A stretch of 64,000 bases of DNA from a virus (Duplodnaviria; Caudoviricetes). The stretch is from positions 32,001 through 96,000 of IMG/VR virus record IMGVR_UViG_3300021121_000001. One strand, given 5' to 3'. This document shows positions 38,374-48,159 of this stretch, piece by piece (the stretch's first letter is position 1; each line of letters opens with the position of its first letter). The notes beneath the pieces were generated by a model. It worked only from the letters and a program-made list of their open reading frames with translations, was not told the DNA's origin and ran no database searches. The translations under genes and the position numbers were made by a program.

Positions 38374-38571
38374 ATGAAAAGTCCAATGCAGGAATTGATT
38401 GAGATGTATGAAATAGATGAATCAGATCAGGAATATTTTCTTGAACTTGAAAAACAAGCTATTATAGATGCTGTAAATAAAAGTGAAAAGATCAAATATA
38501 TAACAATATTTGAAAGTGATAATTATCAAACACCGGGAGAGATTTATTATAACCAAACATATTCTTCATGA
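38374..38571 (+). CDS. Hypothetical protein, paralog of 45763..45981
   Basis: QEL...EKxxIxxA...YYxxTY shared motif. Confidence 0.65.
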   Translation: MKSPMQELIEMYEIDESDQEYFLELEKQAIIDAVNKSEKIKYITIFESDNYQTPGEIYYNQTYSS

Positions 38572-38879
38572 TAAAAGCAATTTGTATAGATGATTCTGAC
38601 AAACCCAAAGAAATACCACAAAGCAAATGGCTTAAAAAAGATTCAGAATACACTATTATTAAAGTGACAGTTCATTCTAATCAGAAAAACATTCAAGGAT
38701 GTGAACTATCAGAAATATCTTTAGATGAATCATGCCTTCCTTACGAATACTACAAACTATCAAGATTTGCTATAGCTTTGGATGATATGCAGAAATTAAT
38801 AGAATTGGCAAAACTATCATCAGAATTATCAGATGAACAGATAGAAAAACTTCTTGAGAAGGAACTTTTATTGAATTAA
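38568..38879 (+). CDS. Hypothetical protein
   Basis: MIKAICIDD; ATGA-coupled. Confidence 0.7.
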   Translation: MIKAICIDDSDKPKEIPQSKWLKKDSEYTIIKVTVHSNQKNIQGCELSEISLDESCLPYEYYKLSRFAIALDDMQKLIELAKLSSELSDEQIEKLLEKELLLN

Positions 38880-39028
38880 AAATTTAAAAGCCTCATTTAC
38901 TGAAAAGTAGTGTTGTTCAAAATATTAAATCAATTAAAAATTAAAAATTAACTGAGGGGTTATTTCTAGGTTTGGTAGAATTGCATCAGGTAGTCTGGTG
39001 AGGCTTTATTTTAAAAAAAATTAATACA

Positions 39029-40543
39029 ATGGAAAAAGAATTTAAAAAAGGAGATATGGTACTTATTCTCCAAAAATCCATATTTGGAGGAGAAGATCTT
39101 ACAGGCTATGTGTGTGAGGTTTATAGAAGCACTGCTAGAACACATTCAACACTTGAGATAAAAGTAGAAGGTTTGCCTGGAGTAAATGCTATATCTTACG
39201 CTTTTGCAGAATCTGAAGTAAGGCTTCTTAAAAGTAAAGAAGAAATTCAGGAAGCCCTTCTTAAAAAAGCTAGAGAGCTTTATCCTATAGGAACTGTGTA
39301 TGAATCAGTACAGGGATTTAAACATACAATTAACACTATGGATTGGAAGCCAAGTCCTGTAGGTAAAGTATATGGACCTGACGGTCAAGGCTCTCTTTAC
39401 TTAGATGGAAAATGGGCTAAAATTATAGAGAAAGTAGACTATTCTTCAAAGCAAGAACTTCTTGAAAAAGCTAAACGGGACTATACTATTGGAGTGAGAT
39501 TCAAAAGTTTAGAAAGTGAAGGACTAATAAGAGAAGTTACGCCTTACTCAGGTCATACAGGATGTACATGGTATGTTGGTTCTGATGGAGTAGTGAGATC
39601 TGATAATGGTATTGGGGATGGCAAAGGTTGTTCTAATCCTGCTATTTATAAACCTAATAAAGGTTGGGCAGAAATAGTCTACACTCCTGAAAAATCTCAA
39701 GGATCGCCTAAAACTATTTGGGATGAATCTATAGTAGGTAAGAAACTAAGAGCTATAGTAAACTGTCCTGCTAATACAAATCATAAAAAAGGTGATATAA
39801 CCGTAATGAAAAGACTGGATGGAAATACTTTTACTGATGAAAAGTGGGGTTTTGCATATGCTGCAAAGGATATGTCACGCTATTTTGAATTAGTAGAAGA
39901 ATCTGTTCAAAAATACAAAGTAGGAGATAAGGTAAAAATAATTCATAAAGATGGCTTTCCTGCTCATTGTTTTAAAATAGGAGATGTAGTTAAAATAGTT
40001 ACAATAGGTGATGAAAAAAACAATTTCATTTTAAGAGGAGTTGATTGTAGTCAATTTGTACCTATGAGTGACATGGAACCTTTTTGTGAAACTGTAGAAA
40101 CAGAAAAACCAAATAAAGAAGCTTTTGAAAACTGTAAAATATGGATAGGCGATAGTGAAGAGCTCTCTAGGAAAGTTCAGGAAAAACTTTTTGAGCTAGG
40201 TTTTGTCTGGGCAACAGACACAAAATCTAAATACTATCATGTTAATACTTCAAATGGAGTGTGTTTTCTTACTAGCGATAAAAAAATAACATGGGGAGAT
40301 ATAGATTCTTTTCAAAAAAAGAATCATAAACAAGTATCTTTAGAAGATCTTGGTATATATGATCAAACATCTTGTGTAGCTCCGGAAACTTCAGTGGTGC
40401 CTATTTCAAAACCTGTTAAAAAGACAGTACAAACAGATGTAAGAGTAAGTTCTTACACAACTGTAGTACTAGACCTTCCAAAAACTCAACCAAAGAAAAT
40501 AAAACAAGTAGTTCTTTTAAACAACAAAACAGTAACAATTTAA
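39029..40543 (+). CDS. Multi-module repeat protein (KOW/SH3-like modules)
   Basis: FKKGD/YKVGD/FKIGD repeats and two LLxKAxxxYxIG...WAxI modules. Confidence 0.7.
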   Translation: MEKEFKKGDMVLILQKSIFGGEDLTGYVCEVYRSTARTHSTLEIKVEGLPGVNAISYAFAESEVRLLKSKEEIQEALLKKARELYPIGTVYESVQGFKHTINTMDWKPSPVGKVYGPDGQGSLYLDGKWAKIIEKVDYSSKQELLEKAKRDYTIGVRFKSLESEGLIREVTPYSGHTGCTWYVGSDGVVRSDNGIGDGKGCSNPAIYKPNKGWAEIVYTPEKSQGSPKTIWDESIVGKKLRAIVNCPANTNHKKGDITVMKRLDGNTFTDEKWGFAYAAKDMSRYFELVEESVQKYKVGDKVKIIHKDGFPAHCFKIGDVVKIVTIGDEKNNFILRGVDCSQFVPMSDMEPFCETVETEKPNKEAFENCKIWIGDSEELSRKVQEKLFELGFVWATDTKSKYYHVNTSNGVCFLTSDKKITWGDIDSFQKKNHKQVSLEDLGIYDQTSCVAPETSVVPISKPVKKTVQTDVRVSSYTTVVLDLPKTQPKKIKQVVLLNNKTVTI

Positions 40544-40566
40544 AAACAAACAAAAATTCAAAAAAA

Positions 40567-40971
40567 ATGGCAAAAACACCAACCAACAAGTCTGTAGAGA
40601 AAGCAATCACTAAAACCTCTTACAGAGATCTGATCACTATGAGTGATAGCCAAGTTCAAGCAGAACAAGTAGATTTCTCAGTAGAAAGAGCTGAGAACAG
40701 TATTGAAAAAGCTATACTGGATGTAAAAGGCCAGTATATAGACAAGATGTCTGCTGTAAAATCAGCAGAATTGAAAGTGTCTGATGCTCTTAAAGCTGTA
40801 GAAAAAGCTAAAAGAGCTGTGCCTTTGGATCCTAATGCCCTTATCAGAACTTTCCAAGCTGCTAAACAAGCTGACCTGGATCTTGAAGCAGCTCAGGAAG
40901 ATGCTTCAAATGTGCTTGCAGTTCTGGATTTTCTTCAGGTAACTCAGGAAGAACTTTTTCCTAACGCATAA
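40567..40971 (+). CDS. Coiled-coil protein
   Basis: Ala/Lys-rich and helical; terminator at 40990-41021. Confidence 0.75.
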   Translation: MAKTPTNKSVEKAITKTSYRDLITMSDSQVQAEQVDFSVERAENSIEKAILDVKGQYIDKMSAVKSAELKVSDALKAVEKAKRAVPLDPNALIRTFQAAKQADLDLEAAQEDASNVLAVLDFLQVTQEELFPNA

Positions 40972-41034
40972 TTAATTCACTACTTGTTTCCCTCCTGTAC
41001 TAACCTTACAGGAGGGTTTTTAAATCTTAAACAC

Positions 41035-41304
41035 ATGAAATACATAGTAATACCAATTTCAAAATTTATATACAGACTATTTCTTACAATTCTCTATACA
41101 TCTTATCTAGTCATTGTAGCAATTGTGAGCATTCTATGGACTTTAGATACAGAAGTTCTGTATGATTTTCATGTAGAATTGAGTGAAACAATTATACATG
41201 AATATAGTTTGTATGCAGAACGAAGACATTACAAAAACTATTTGTGCGCTATTTGGAGAATAGGAAAGTATACAATTGGTAAAAGCCCTAATATTTATGA
41301 TTGA
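41035..41304 (+). CDS. Hypothetical membrane protein
   Basis: Likely start MKYIV; one TM segment. Confidence 0.6.
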   Translation: MKYIVIPISKFIYRLFLTILYTSYLVIVAIVSILWTLDTEVLYDFHVELSETIIHEYSLYAERRHYKNYLCAIWRIGKYTIGKSPNIYD

Positions 41305-41506
41305 ACCTGAAGAAATTATAACCTTTGAAGAACTACATCACCGATTAGCTAAAAGATCCTTAACTAAGTATAAGGGCAATATAACTCACGCCTCTAAAGC
41401 TATGGGAGTTTCAAGAAGATGTATGAAAAGATGGATGAATAGTTTCAAAATAGACATTAAAGAATATGAAAATAAACACCGTAAAACAAAGACTAAAGCT
41501 GTATAA
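41297..41506 (+). CDS. Stand-alone Fis-family HTH protein
   Basis: SLTKYKGNITHASKAMGVSRRCMKRWM matches the Fis/HTH_8 pattern. Confidence 0.75.
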   Translation: MIEPEEIITFEELHHRLAKRSLTKYKGNITHASKAMGVSRRCMKRWMNSFKIDIKEYENKHRKTKTKAV

Positions 41507-41822
41507 AAAAGCTTTAAAGGATTTTGAAAAAGAGTTATCTGGAATAAATGACATGAAAGATACTTTAGATCGTAACGACTCCGGATTTTGCACATATTTT
41601 TATATTAACGAAAGTATAGTTGATATTAGCACTCTTCCTGAATTGTACAAGCAAAAACCAAAAAAAGGATATAAAAGCATATATAAAATTATTGAAAGGG
41701 GTAAAATAAAAACTCTTTTCCATAGAAGTTATTGGTATAAACCAACAAATATCAAAATAAGAATAAGAGATCTAAAAAGAGCAGTAGCTAATTGTGAACA
41801 AAAAATAAACCCAAAACAATGA
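41466..41822 (+). CDS. Hypothetical protein, paralog of 36615..36941
   Basis: Shared motifs with 36615..36941. Confidence 0.7.
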   Translation: MKINTVKQRLKLYKKALKDFEKELSGINDMKDTLDRNDSGFCTYFYINESIVDISTLPELYKQKPKKGYKSIYKIIERGKIKTLFHRSYWYKPTNIKIRIRDLKRAVANCEQKINPKQ

Positions 41823-42385
41823 TAAAAGACCTGATAAAACTGCCTGTACAGGTAGTATGTTTAGAAACTGGCTATGCTGTACATGACGAAGATTTAAAGA
41901 TGTGGATTGCAGTAGGTGATAAAGACCTAGCCGAAGCCCTCTGCACCCTAATCAACGCTCACAATGCTGATGTGGGCAAACTGGCGGAGGAGTATGCCTA
42001 TAAAATGTACCCTAAAGTAGATGACCATGCCAATGTAAGAATGAGGCAAGCGTTAAGAGAATCGCTCATAGATGCCGTCCTCTACGGATCAACCCTAAAT
42101 AGTGGGGCTAATGATACTCAACCTGCTCCCCTCCGTCCTCTCAGAGAACTGGCAGAAGATAAAGAAATGTGCGAGGAAATTGCGAGGTTGTGCAATCCAG
42201 AGAAAAAAGAAGTATTTGCAGTGTCAAGTGGTAATAAATTTGTCAAACTTGTAATGGAAGATTACGATTTGATAGTTTATGAAAACGGTCAACTGGAATA
42301 TGCCGATGATTTCGGAAATCAAACACCTGATAACACATTTGCCATCTGCGCTCTTATTTCATCAAAATATAAAATTGGAGAATGA
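41819..42385 (+). CDS. Hypothetical protein
   Basis: ATGA-coupled; CpG-normal composition. Confidence 0.7.
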   Translation: MIKDLIKLPVQVVCLETGYAVHDEDLKMWIAVGDKDLAEALCTLINAHNADVGKLAEEYAYKMYPKVDDHANVRMRQALRESLIDAVLYGSTLNSGANDTQPAPLRPLRELAEDKEMCEEIARLCNPEKKEVFAVSSGNKFVKLVMEDYDLIVYENGQLEYADDFGNQTPDNTFAICALISSKYKIGE

Positions 42386-42648
42386 AAGTATATCAAACTG
42401 ATGCTGGATTAGGTTATATGCAATTAGCATTTCTAGTCTGTTTAGAAAAAAGCGAAAATGGATATAACTACTTATGTATAGATACTCAGCTTATAGGTGA
42501 AGATGACAATATGTATCAAATAGGTAACATCGTAAAAGACTTAGAGGGTATTTATGTTCAAGAAACTAATTATGACATAACTCAAAGCCCACTGTATAAT
42601 ACTTATCTATTCAAATTCTTTTTAGAAAATTATAAACTTAACCAATGA
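42382..42648 (+). CDS. Hypothetical protein
   Basis: ATGA-coupled. Confidence 0.65.
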   Translation: MKVYQTDAGLGYMQLAFLVCLEKSENGYNYLCIDTQLIGEDDNMYQIGNIVKDLEGIYVQETNYDITQSPLYNTYLFKFFLENYKLNQ

Positions 42649-43016
42649 GAGTAACCAAAGAAATAGCCGAAGCCTTGAAAGATATAGGGTATGATGTGAC
42701 GTGTGATGGATTCTATTACCGTGACCACACCATAGGAGCGTTTGAAAGCCAGGAATCGCAAAACTTTAATGCGTCCCTAAATAAAATCTCCGCCCCCACA
42801 GTCTACGAAGCAATTGAATTTACTGATAGTAAGGGGGTGTATGTAGAGGTTTATACAGAAACATACGATGACGCCACAGAAATTGCAGGTTTTAAATACA
42901 GCATCTATGCTCCAACAAGATCTGGCGGTAGTATGACACTTTACCCCACCCGTCTCGCCGCCTACACAGCAGGTCTGCCGATAGCAATTAATCATATAAA
43001 AAATAAGAAAGGATGA
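42645..43016 (+). CDS. Hypothetical protein, paralog of 47742..48158
   Basis: VxxxxAxxLxDxG(Y/F)...ISAP motif. Confidence 0.7.
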   Translation: MRVTKEIAEALKDIGYDVTCDGFYYRDHTIGAFESQESQNFNASLNKISAPTVYEAIEFTDSKGVYVEVYTETYDDATEIAGFKYSIYAPTRSGGSMTLYPTRLAAYTAGLPIAINHIKNKKG

Positions 43017-43369
43017 CTAACGAAGAACTAGAATCAGCGATTAAAACCGTAATGGTGTTTGATGGATGGGAACTGAAATCCGCTAATGGGGTATCTTACT
43101 ATGAGAATAGTGAAGGTTTATTAATTTTTGAATACGAAATATTGGCAAAGTATCCCATTCACGAAGATTGGCGTTTGCTCCATCCTGTATGGGAGAAGTT
43201 TAGGGATATGTTAGATGAAATTATGAAAATGGACTTATCTGTTTGGTTGGAGTATTATAAGCATAGAGCAACGGTTAGCACACAAATTTCATTTGGCACC
43301 CCTCTCGAAGACTTCACTGCCCTACACTCTGCAATAGTATGGTTTAACTCTATAAATAAGGAGGGATGA
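43013..43369 (+). CDS. Hypothetical protein
   Basis: HEDWRLLHPVWEK motif; coupled to neighbours. Confidence 0.7.
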   Translation: MTNEELESAIKTVMVFDGWELKSANGVSYYENSEGLLIFEYEILAKYPIHEDWRLLHPVWEKFRDMLDEIMKMDLSVWLEYYKHRATVSTQISFGTPLEDFTALHSAIVWFNSINKEG

Positions 43370-43584
43370 AAGATAAAGAGCAAAAAGACGTAAGGTTAGT
43401 AACGTGCAATTATTGCGGATTGGTAAATAGTTGTGGTGAACCAAAACCATCTGAAAAACTAGGCAGTAACCGAAAAGATAGATGGCGCACAATATCAATA
43501 GTGAGTTATGCTGATTATCAAGATAAAATTGAAAAAGGTATGTGTTTTAACCTAAATCACAGAAAAGAAAATCCACACGATTAA
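43366..43584 (+). CDS. Hypothetical protein (CxxC)
   Basis: Coupled small ORF. Confidence 0.55.
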   Translation: MKDKEQKDVRLVTCNYCGLVNSCGEPKPSEKLGSNRKDRWRTISIVSYADYQDKIEKGMCFNLNHRKENPHD

Positions 43585-43782
43585 CTAACAAACCCGCGCA
43601 GGCAACGGTAAATCCTGTATGAAAGATGAACAAAAAGCTAATTCAAAGAATCGAAGAAATATTTACAGCAAAGCTACAAGCTAAAACTGGGTGGGGTAAA
43701 AATGAAATATTGATACTCTATAAAGAATCTGTTAATGAGGCTTGCCTTGAAATGATTAACTAACTTCTAAAACCACCAAACC

Positions 43783-44217
43783 ATGACCGACATCAAACAA
43801 TACCTGCCTTATTGTGTAGGCAGGAGAGCTTCCTTTAGGGATATAGAAACCAATTCAGCGACAGATGCAATTTTAACTTATGATGCATTATCTATATACG
43901 CAGAGGATAAAGATTACACCATCATCCCCCACATGCGAAAGCTAAGTAGTTTGACGGAGGAGGAGGCGAAAGAATTGCTGAAACGCGATAAAGACCATAT
44001 TGAAGGTAATAATTACGGATGGATGGCTATCAAACCTGATAGAGTAACGTGTACAGTAAAATCCCAAAAATATGATTCATTTACAGCGAGAGTATATTTC
44101 AATTCTATGAACGGCGACCAATTCCACTACCTCACCACAATCGGCATAGCATGGTGGGCTACTGATGATATGTGGGAGAGTGGGGCTTTGATTGAAATTA
44201 ACCAGGAGCAAAAATAA
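43783..44217 (+). CDS. Hypothetical protein
   Basis: YLPY...PHMRKLSSLTEEE motif. Confidence 0.7.
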   Translation: MTDIKQYLPYCVGRRASFRDIETNSATDAILTYDALSIYAEDKDYTIIPHMRKLSSLTEEEAKELLKRDKDHIEGNNYGWMAIKPDRVTCTVKSQKYDSFTARVYFNSMNGDQFHYLTTIGIAWWATDDMWESGALIEINQEQK

Positions 44218-44221
44218 AAAT

Positions 44222-44464
44222 ATGAAAAAACTAATATTAATAGCTATAACAGGAATATTGTTAAGTTCCTGTAAATTAACTCCATCAGTAATTTGTGGAA
44301 GGTCTTATCCTATAATTGTTAGAAAAGAACTTGAAAATAATAACTATGGTAAGTTTTTCTATAAAATAGAAAGTTATAGTCCTGCTAGATCAACTTGTAC
44401 TATAGAATTTTATTCAGATTCTGATTTCAATGTAGGCGATACTTTAAAAATAAACAAATTTTAA
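44222..44464 (+). CDS. Putative lipoprotein
   Basis: MKKLILIAITGILLSSC lipobox. Confidence 0.7.
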   Translation: MKKLILIAITGILLSSCKLTPSVICGRSYPIIVRKELENNNYGKFFYKIESYSPARSTCTIEFYSDSDFNVGDTLKINKF

Positions 44465-44467
44465 AAC

Positions 44468-44728
44468 ATGATAATCAGTATAATAATTATGTACCTTTTA
44501 GGGGTATTTTTTGCTTATTTAGCCGCAGGTTACGCTAATGACCTTAATGGAATACCTTACATTTCTTTTGGAGATTGTACAGCAAGCTATTTGAGTTTTA
44601 TTGGCATTTTATTGCACATTCAAACAGAGTACGGTATGGGAAAAAATAAAAAACAAACATATCCGAGCCTAAAAAGATTTTTAAAAATTTTCAAACAAAC
44701 AAAAAGCAATGAAAGACAATCAAATTAA
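44468..44728 (+). CDS. Small membrane protein
   Basis: Hydrophobic N-terminus. Confidence 0.6.
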   Translation: MIISIIIMYLLGVFFAYLAAGYANDLNGIPYISFGDCTASYLSFIGILLHIQTEYGMGKNKKQTYPSLKRFLKIFKQTKSNERQSN

Positions 44729-44913
44729 AAGCACAATCACTGGTTTTAACCAGGATGGAACAAAAAGAGTGATTAGAGTGTGGGGAAATTATAACTACTC
44801 TCAGGGAGTAAAACTCATGCAAGATCTTGAAAAACACAACTATAAATCAGCATTAGTATCATGATAGTGGTGGAAAATATAGAAATGGATCAGGAACATA
44901 ATATAAATTAATT

Positions 44914-45432
44914 ATGAATAGTAGATGTTGTAACTCAAAAATACAAAAAGACTATCTGGGAAATAAAAGGTGCAGCTATTGTATGTTAATAGCTGCACCA
45001 AAATGGAACTTTAGAATATTGTATATATTTATATTTGGTATGATACTTATGGGATTTTCTGTTAAAGGTATAAAACCAAAAGATATTCCTAAATATAATA
45101 TTTGCAGAGACAGTTGTGATGTAGAACTTGAAGATAGTTGTATTCTTAAAGAACTAATTTCAGATAGTTGTATATTTCCGGAAATTGCATTAAAACAAAT
45201 ACACAAAGAAAGTAATTGGTATAAAAGCCAATTAACTAAAGAAAACAAGAATTTATTAGGTTTGAAATGTTCATGTCTTTATACAAAAGGATTTAAAAAT
45301 GGACATAGTGAATATTCTTCTTACAAAAATTGTATAAAATGTTACACAATATTTTTTAATTCTTATTGGAATAAATATTTTAAAAATTACGCCGAAGATC
45401 CAAATTATCAAAAAAATATAACTAAAATGTAA
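44914..45432 (+). CDS. Membrane-anchored GH73/glucosaminidase-like cell wall hydrolase
   Basis: QIHKESNW...NKNLLGLK...YAEDPNY motifs; TM segment near the N-terminus. Confidence 0.65.
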   Translation: MNSRCCNSKIQKDYLGNKRCSYCMLIAAPKWNFRILYIFIFGMILMGFSVKGIKPKDIPKYNICRDSCDVELEDSCILKELISDSCIFPEIALKQIHKESNWYKSQLTKENKNLLGLKCSCLYTKGFKNGHSEYSSYKNCIKCYTIFFNSYWNKYFKNYAEDPNYQKNITKM

Positions 45433-45438
45433 AAAATT

Positions 45439-45684
45439 ATGAAAAATAAGAGTATTTTGTGGACAATCAAATATTTAGGACTTGGAGCAGTGAATAATAT
45501 AAAATATTGTAGTTTGTTTCCAAGAAATAAGAAAAGAAAAGAAGGCATAATAGCTTATAAAACAACAAGAACAATAAAAGTTAATACTTATTTCCCTGAA
45601 AATTGGCTAAATTCTGATGAAGCAACACGCTTAAAGCAAATTGGAGAAAATTTAATTGAAAACAAAATAACATGCAAAAGCTGA
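45439..45684 (+). CDS. Hypothetical protein
   Basis: ORF track. Confidence 0.55.
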   Translation: MKNKSILWTIKYLGLGAVNNIKYCSLFPRNKKRKEGIIAYKTTRTIKVNTYFPENWLNSDEATRLKQIGENLIENKITCKS

Positions 45685-45762
45685 AATGGAAATAATAGGC
45701 GTAATTTTAGGAATAACGATTATAGTTGTAATAGACATAATTGTACAAAACATTAAAAGAAA

Positions 45763-45981
45763 ATGAAAACAGCATTACAAGAACTATTGGATTGGATGAA
45801 CTCCCAAATGTTCATAAAACCAAAAGATTTATATAGTAAAGTAAAAGAACTACTCCCAAAAGAAAAAGAGCAAATTGAAATAGCTTTTGAAGAAGGAATG
45901 TATAATGCAGCAATAGTCAATTTTGGTTTTGGAGATGAATATTACATTAAAACATACGAAACAGATGAAGAAATACTTTAA
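45763..45981 (+). CDS. Hypothetical protein, paralog of 38374..38571
   Basis: Shared motif with 38374..38571. Confidence 0.65.
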   Translation: MKTALQELLDWMNSQMFIKPKDLYSKVKELLPKEKEQIEIAFEEGMYNAAIVNFGFGDEYYIKTYETDEEIL

Positions 45982-46201
45982 GCCTGAGGGGGATAGACTA
46001 CAACTAACCTACGATACATTCTATGACAATAGTTTGGAATGTGCTAGTTTTTATTTAGGACCGGGTATATATTACAGCTTTCCTAAGGATAAAAGATCTT
46101 CTAGCTGTATATGCCTTACTTTGAATCTTATATTAATTAACATAGAGCTTTGGATAATACTAAGGCGAGAAAACTATAACAATGAGACAAAAAGACTTTG
46201 A
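45965..46201 (+). CDS. Hypothetical protein
   Basis: Likely start MKKYFK. Confidence 0.5.
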   Translation: MKKYFKPEGDRLQLTYDTFYDNSLECASFYLGPGIYYSFPKDKRSSSCICLTLNLILINIELWIILRRENYNNETKRL

Positions 46202-46577
46202 TGAAATAGCTAGAATGGTTGATATGGTTAGAAATAAAGAAGCAAACTTATCTTCTTTTGAAGATGGCTTGTTATTTATACTTGCTGAAACAGACTCAGC
46301 TTGGGATAAATTTACAAAGTTACTAAACATAAGATACCGTATGCTCCAAAAACTATTGAAGGAATCAAACTTTCAATTATCAAGATCAGAAGTATTTGTG
46401 ACGAATCCTAAATATCAGAAACCAAAAGATAAGACTTTTGTTCAATCAGAAATACATAAGCATTTTATTGATAATTGGGGGAAGATGGGCGTTGGTCACT
46501 GTTTTAAGAATAAAGAACAAGTTGAGCAGGAACTTAAAAATTTAATCATTAAAAAAATAAAGAATGAAACTACCTAA
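46182..46577 (+). CDS. Hypothetical protein
   Basis: ORF track. Confidence 0.65.
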   Translation: MRQKDFDEIARMVDMVRNKEANLSSFEDGLLFILAETDSAWDKFTKLLNIRYRMLQKLLKESNFQLSRSEVFVTNPKYQKPKDKTFVQSEIHKHFIDNWGKMGVGHCFKNKEQVEQELKNLIIKKIKNETT

Positions 46578-47739
46578 ATACTTTGCAATTAAATGTCCTA
46601 CAGATTATGAAACAAACGTACTATGGACTAGATTCTTAAAATGGCTTAATAAGTATGGGCATAAAAATGGTATGAGAAGTGAATGGGATGGTGATTCTGT
46701 AGGTTGTTATTATGGTACAGAAAATACAACTCAAGGTACTAATGTGTGGAGCAGAATATCTCAATTTGAAGAAGGTACTGTAGAAATAACTCTTGAACAG
46801 TGGGATGAAATTGTAAATGGATTTAAACTGCCTGAAAAATGGTATTGTGTTATTACAAAAGAGAATCAAGAAATTTTGGAAAATTGGAGAAAATCGGTTT
46901 GTTCTGGAGATCATAAAAAAAATGTAATTTTTTCTAAATATTGTGTTCTTTCTTCTCATTGGAATGATAACTCTTATTACTGGACTGGAGAACTTAAGCA
47001 TTTAGAATCAAAAGGATACCAAGAAATAACAACAGAACAGTTTATCAAACACGTTTTAAAACAAAAAGAAATGAAAGACACAATTTTGAAAGAGGGGGAT
47101 ATTGTTGAATTGTTAGATATAAAATATACGGTACGAAAACCTGAAGAACAATGGTATCTGAAGAATTCTTTTCCTTTAGATAATAGTGATGAAATTTTTA
47201 TCAGGCTTGGTTTAAATAAACAAGTTCTTCAAAGAAAAACTTTAGGGTATTCTGGAGTAGGGGCTTTTCCAGAATGTGAAACTGCTGAAGATTTAACAAA
47301 ATTTGTAACTGCTATCCAACAAGAAATACTTAAACAAGAAAAACAAAAAGAAATGAAAAACAGAACAATATCAGCAGCAAATGCTCAAAGAATAATCAAT
47401 ATCGCTTGTGAAAATTGGAAACAGAAACTAGCTGCAAATTGGGGTTTTAATATAGCCCTGTCAAAAGATATAGAGATTTTAGAAGATTTTTATCAAGAAA
47501 TGAGAAAAGCTTGTACAGATTCTCAAAATGTTCTATTTGATGATATATTTGGAAAAGATGTAGAAGTATACCCTGATGGAACTCCTTGTTTGGTTAGAAC
47601 ATCTAATGCCGATACTTGGACTTTAAGATATGCTAATGGTAAAGGAGAGTTCTATAACGTGGGTAGAAAATCTGGGACTTCCTCTACGTGGGTATACCAC
47701 ATGAAACTAGATATTAATAACCTTCCTGTAAATCAATAA
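46564..47739 (+). CDS. Multi-module hypothetical protein
   Basis: Two KLPxx(Y/W)...EITxEQ modules and repeated LKQ.KEMK linkers. Confidence 0.7.
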   Translation: MKLPKYFAIKCPTDYETNVLWTRFLKWLNKYGHKNGMRSEWDGDSVGCYYGTENTTQGTNVWSRISQFEEGTVEITLEQWDEIVNGFKLPEKWYCVITKENQEILENWRKSVCSGDHKKNVIFSKYCVLSSHWNDNSYYWTGELKHLESKGYQEITTEQFIKHVLKQKEMKDTILKEGDIVELLDIKYTVRKPEEQWYLKNSFPLDNSDEIFIRLGLNKQVLQRKTLGYSGVGAFPECETAEDLTKFVTAIQQEILKQEKQKEMKNRTISAANAQRIINIACENWKQKLAANWGFNIALSKDIEILEDFYQEMRKACTDSQNVLFDDIFGKDVEVYPDGTPCLVRTSNADTWTLRYANGKGEFYNVGRKSGTSSTWVYHMKLDINNLPVNQ

Positions 47740-47741
47740 TT

Positions 47742-48158
47742 ATGACAGAACTATTTGTACCATACAAAGAAGCAAAAGATTTAAGAGACTTAGGCTTTAA
47801 TGAAGAGTGTTTAACTACTTACTTAAATGGTGAGTTAGAAACTAAAGAAATGTTTTTCTTTACACATACCTTTAGAAGTCACGAAACTCAAGAGTTTATA
47901 TCGGCTCCACTATATTCACAGGCTTTTAAATGGTTTAGAGAGAAACATAACGCCCACTATGCAATAAGTAGATACCCACAAGGAGCTATCGAAGCTTCTA
48001 ATAAAAATGGTGGGAATTTAAAAAAATATGGTTGGTATATATGTAAAGATGAATTAAATCCGTCTATACCTAAAGACGGCAGTGGTCAATGTGATACCTA
48101 TGAAGAAGCTGAATTAACTTGCCTGAAAAAATTAATTGAAATAACAAAACAAAAATAA
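47742..48158 (+). CDS. Hypothetical protein, paralog of 42645..43016
   Basis: FVPYKEAKDLRDLGF, APLYSQAFKWFRE, TYEEAELTCLKKLIE. Confidence 0.75.
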   Translation: MTELFVPYKEAKDLRDLGFNEECLTTYLNGELETKEMFFFTHTFRSHETQEFISAPLYSQAFKWFREKHNAHYAISRYPQGAIEASNKNGGNLKKYGWYICKDELNPSIPKDGSGQCDTYEEAELTCLKKLIEITKQK

Positions 48159-48159
48159 A

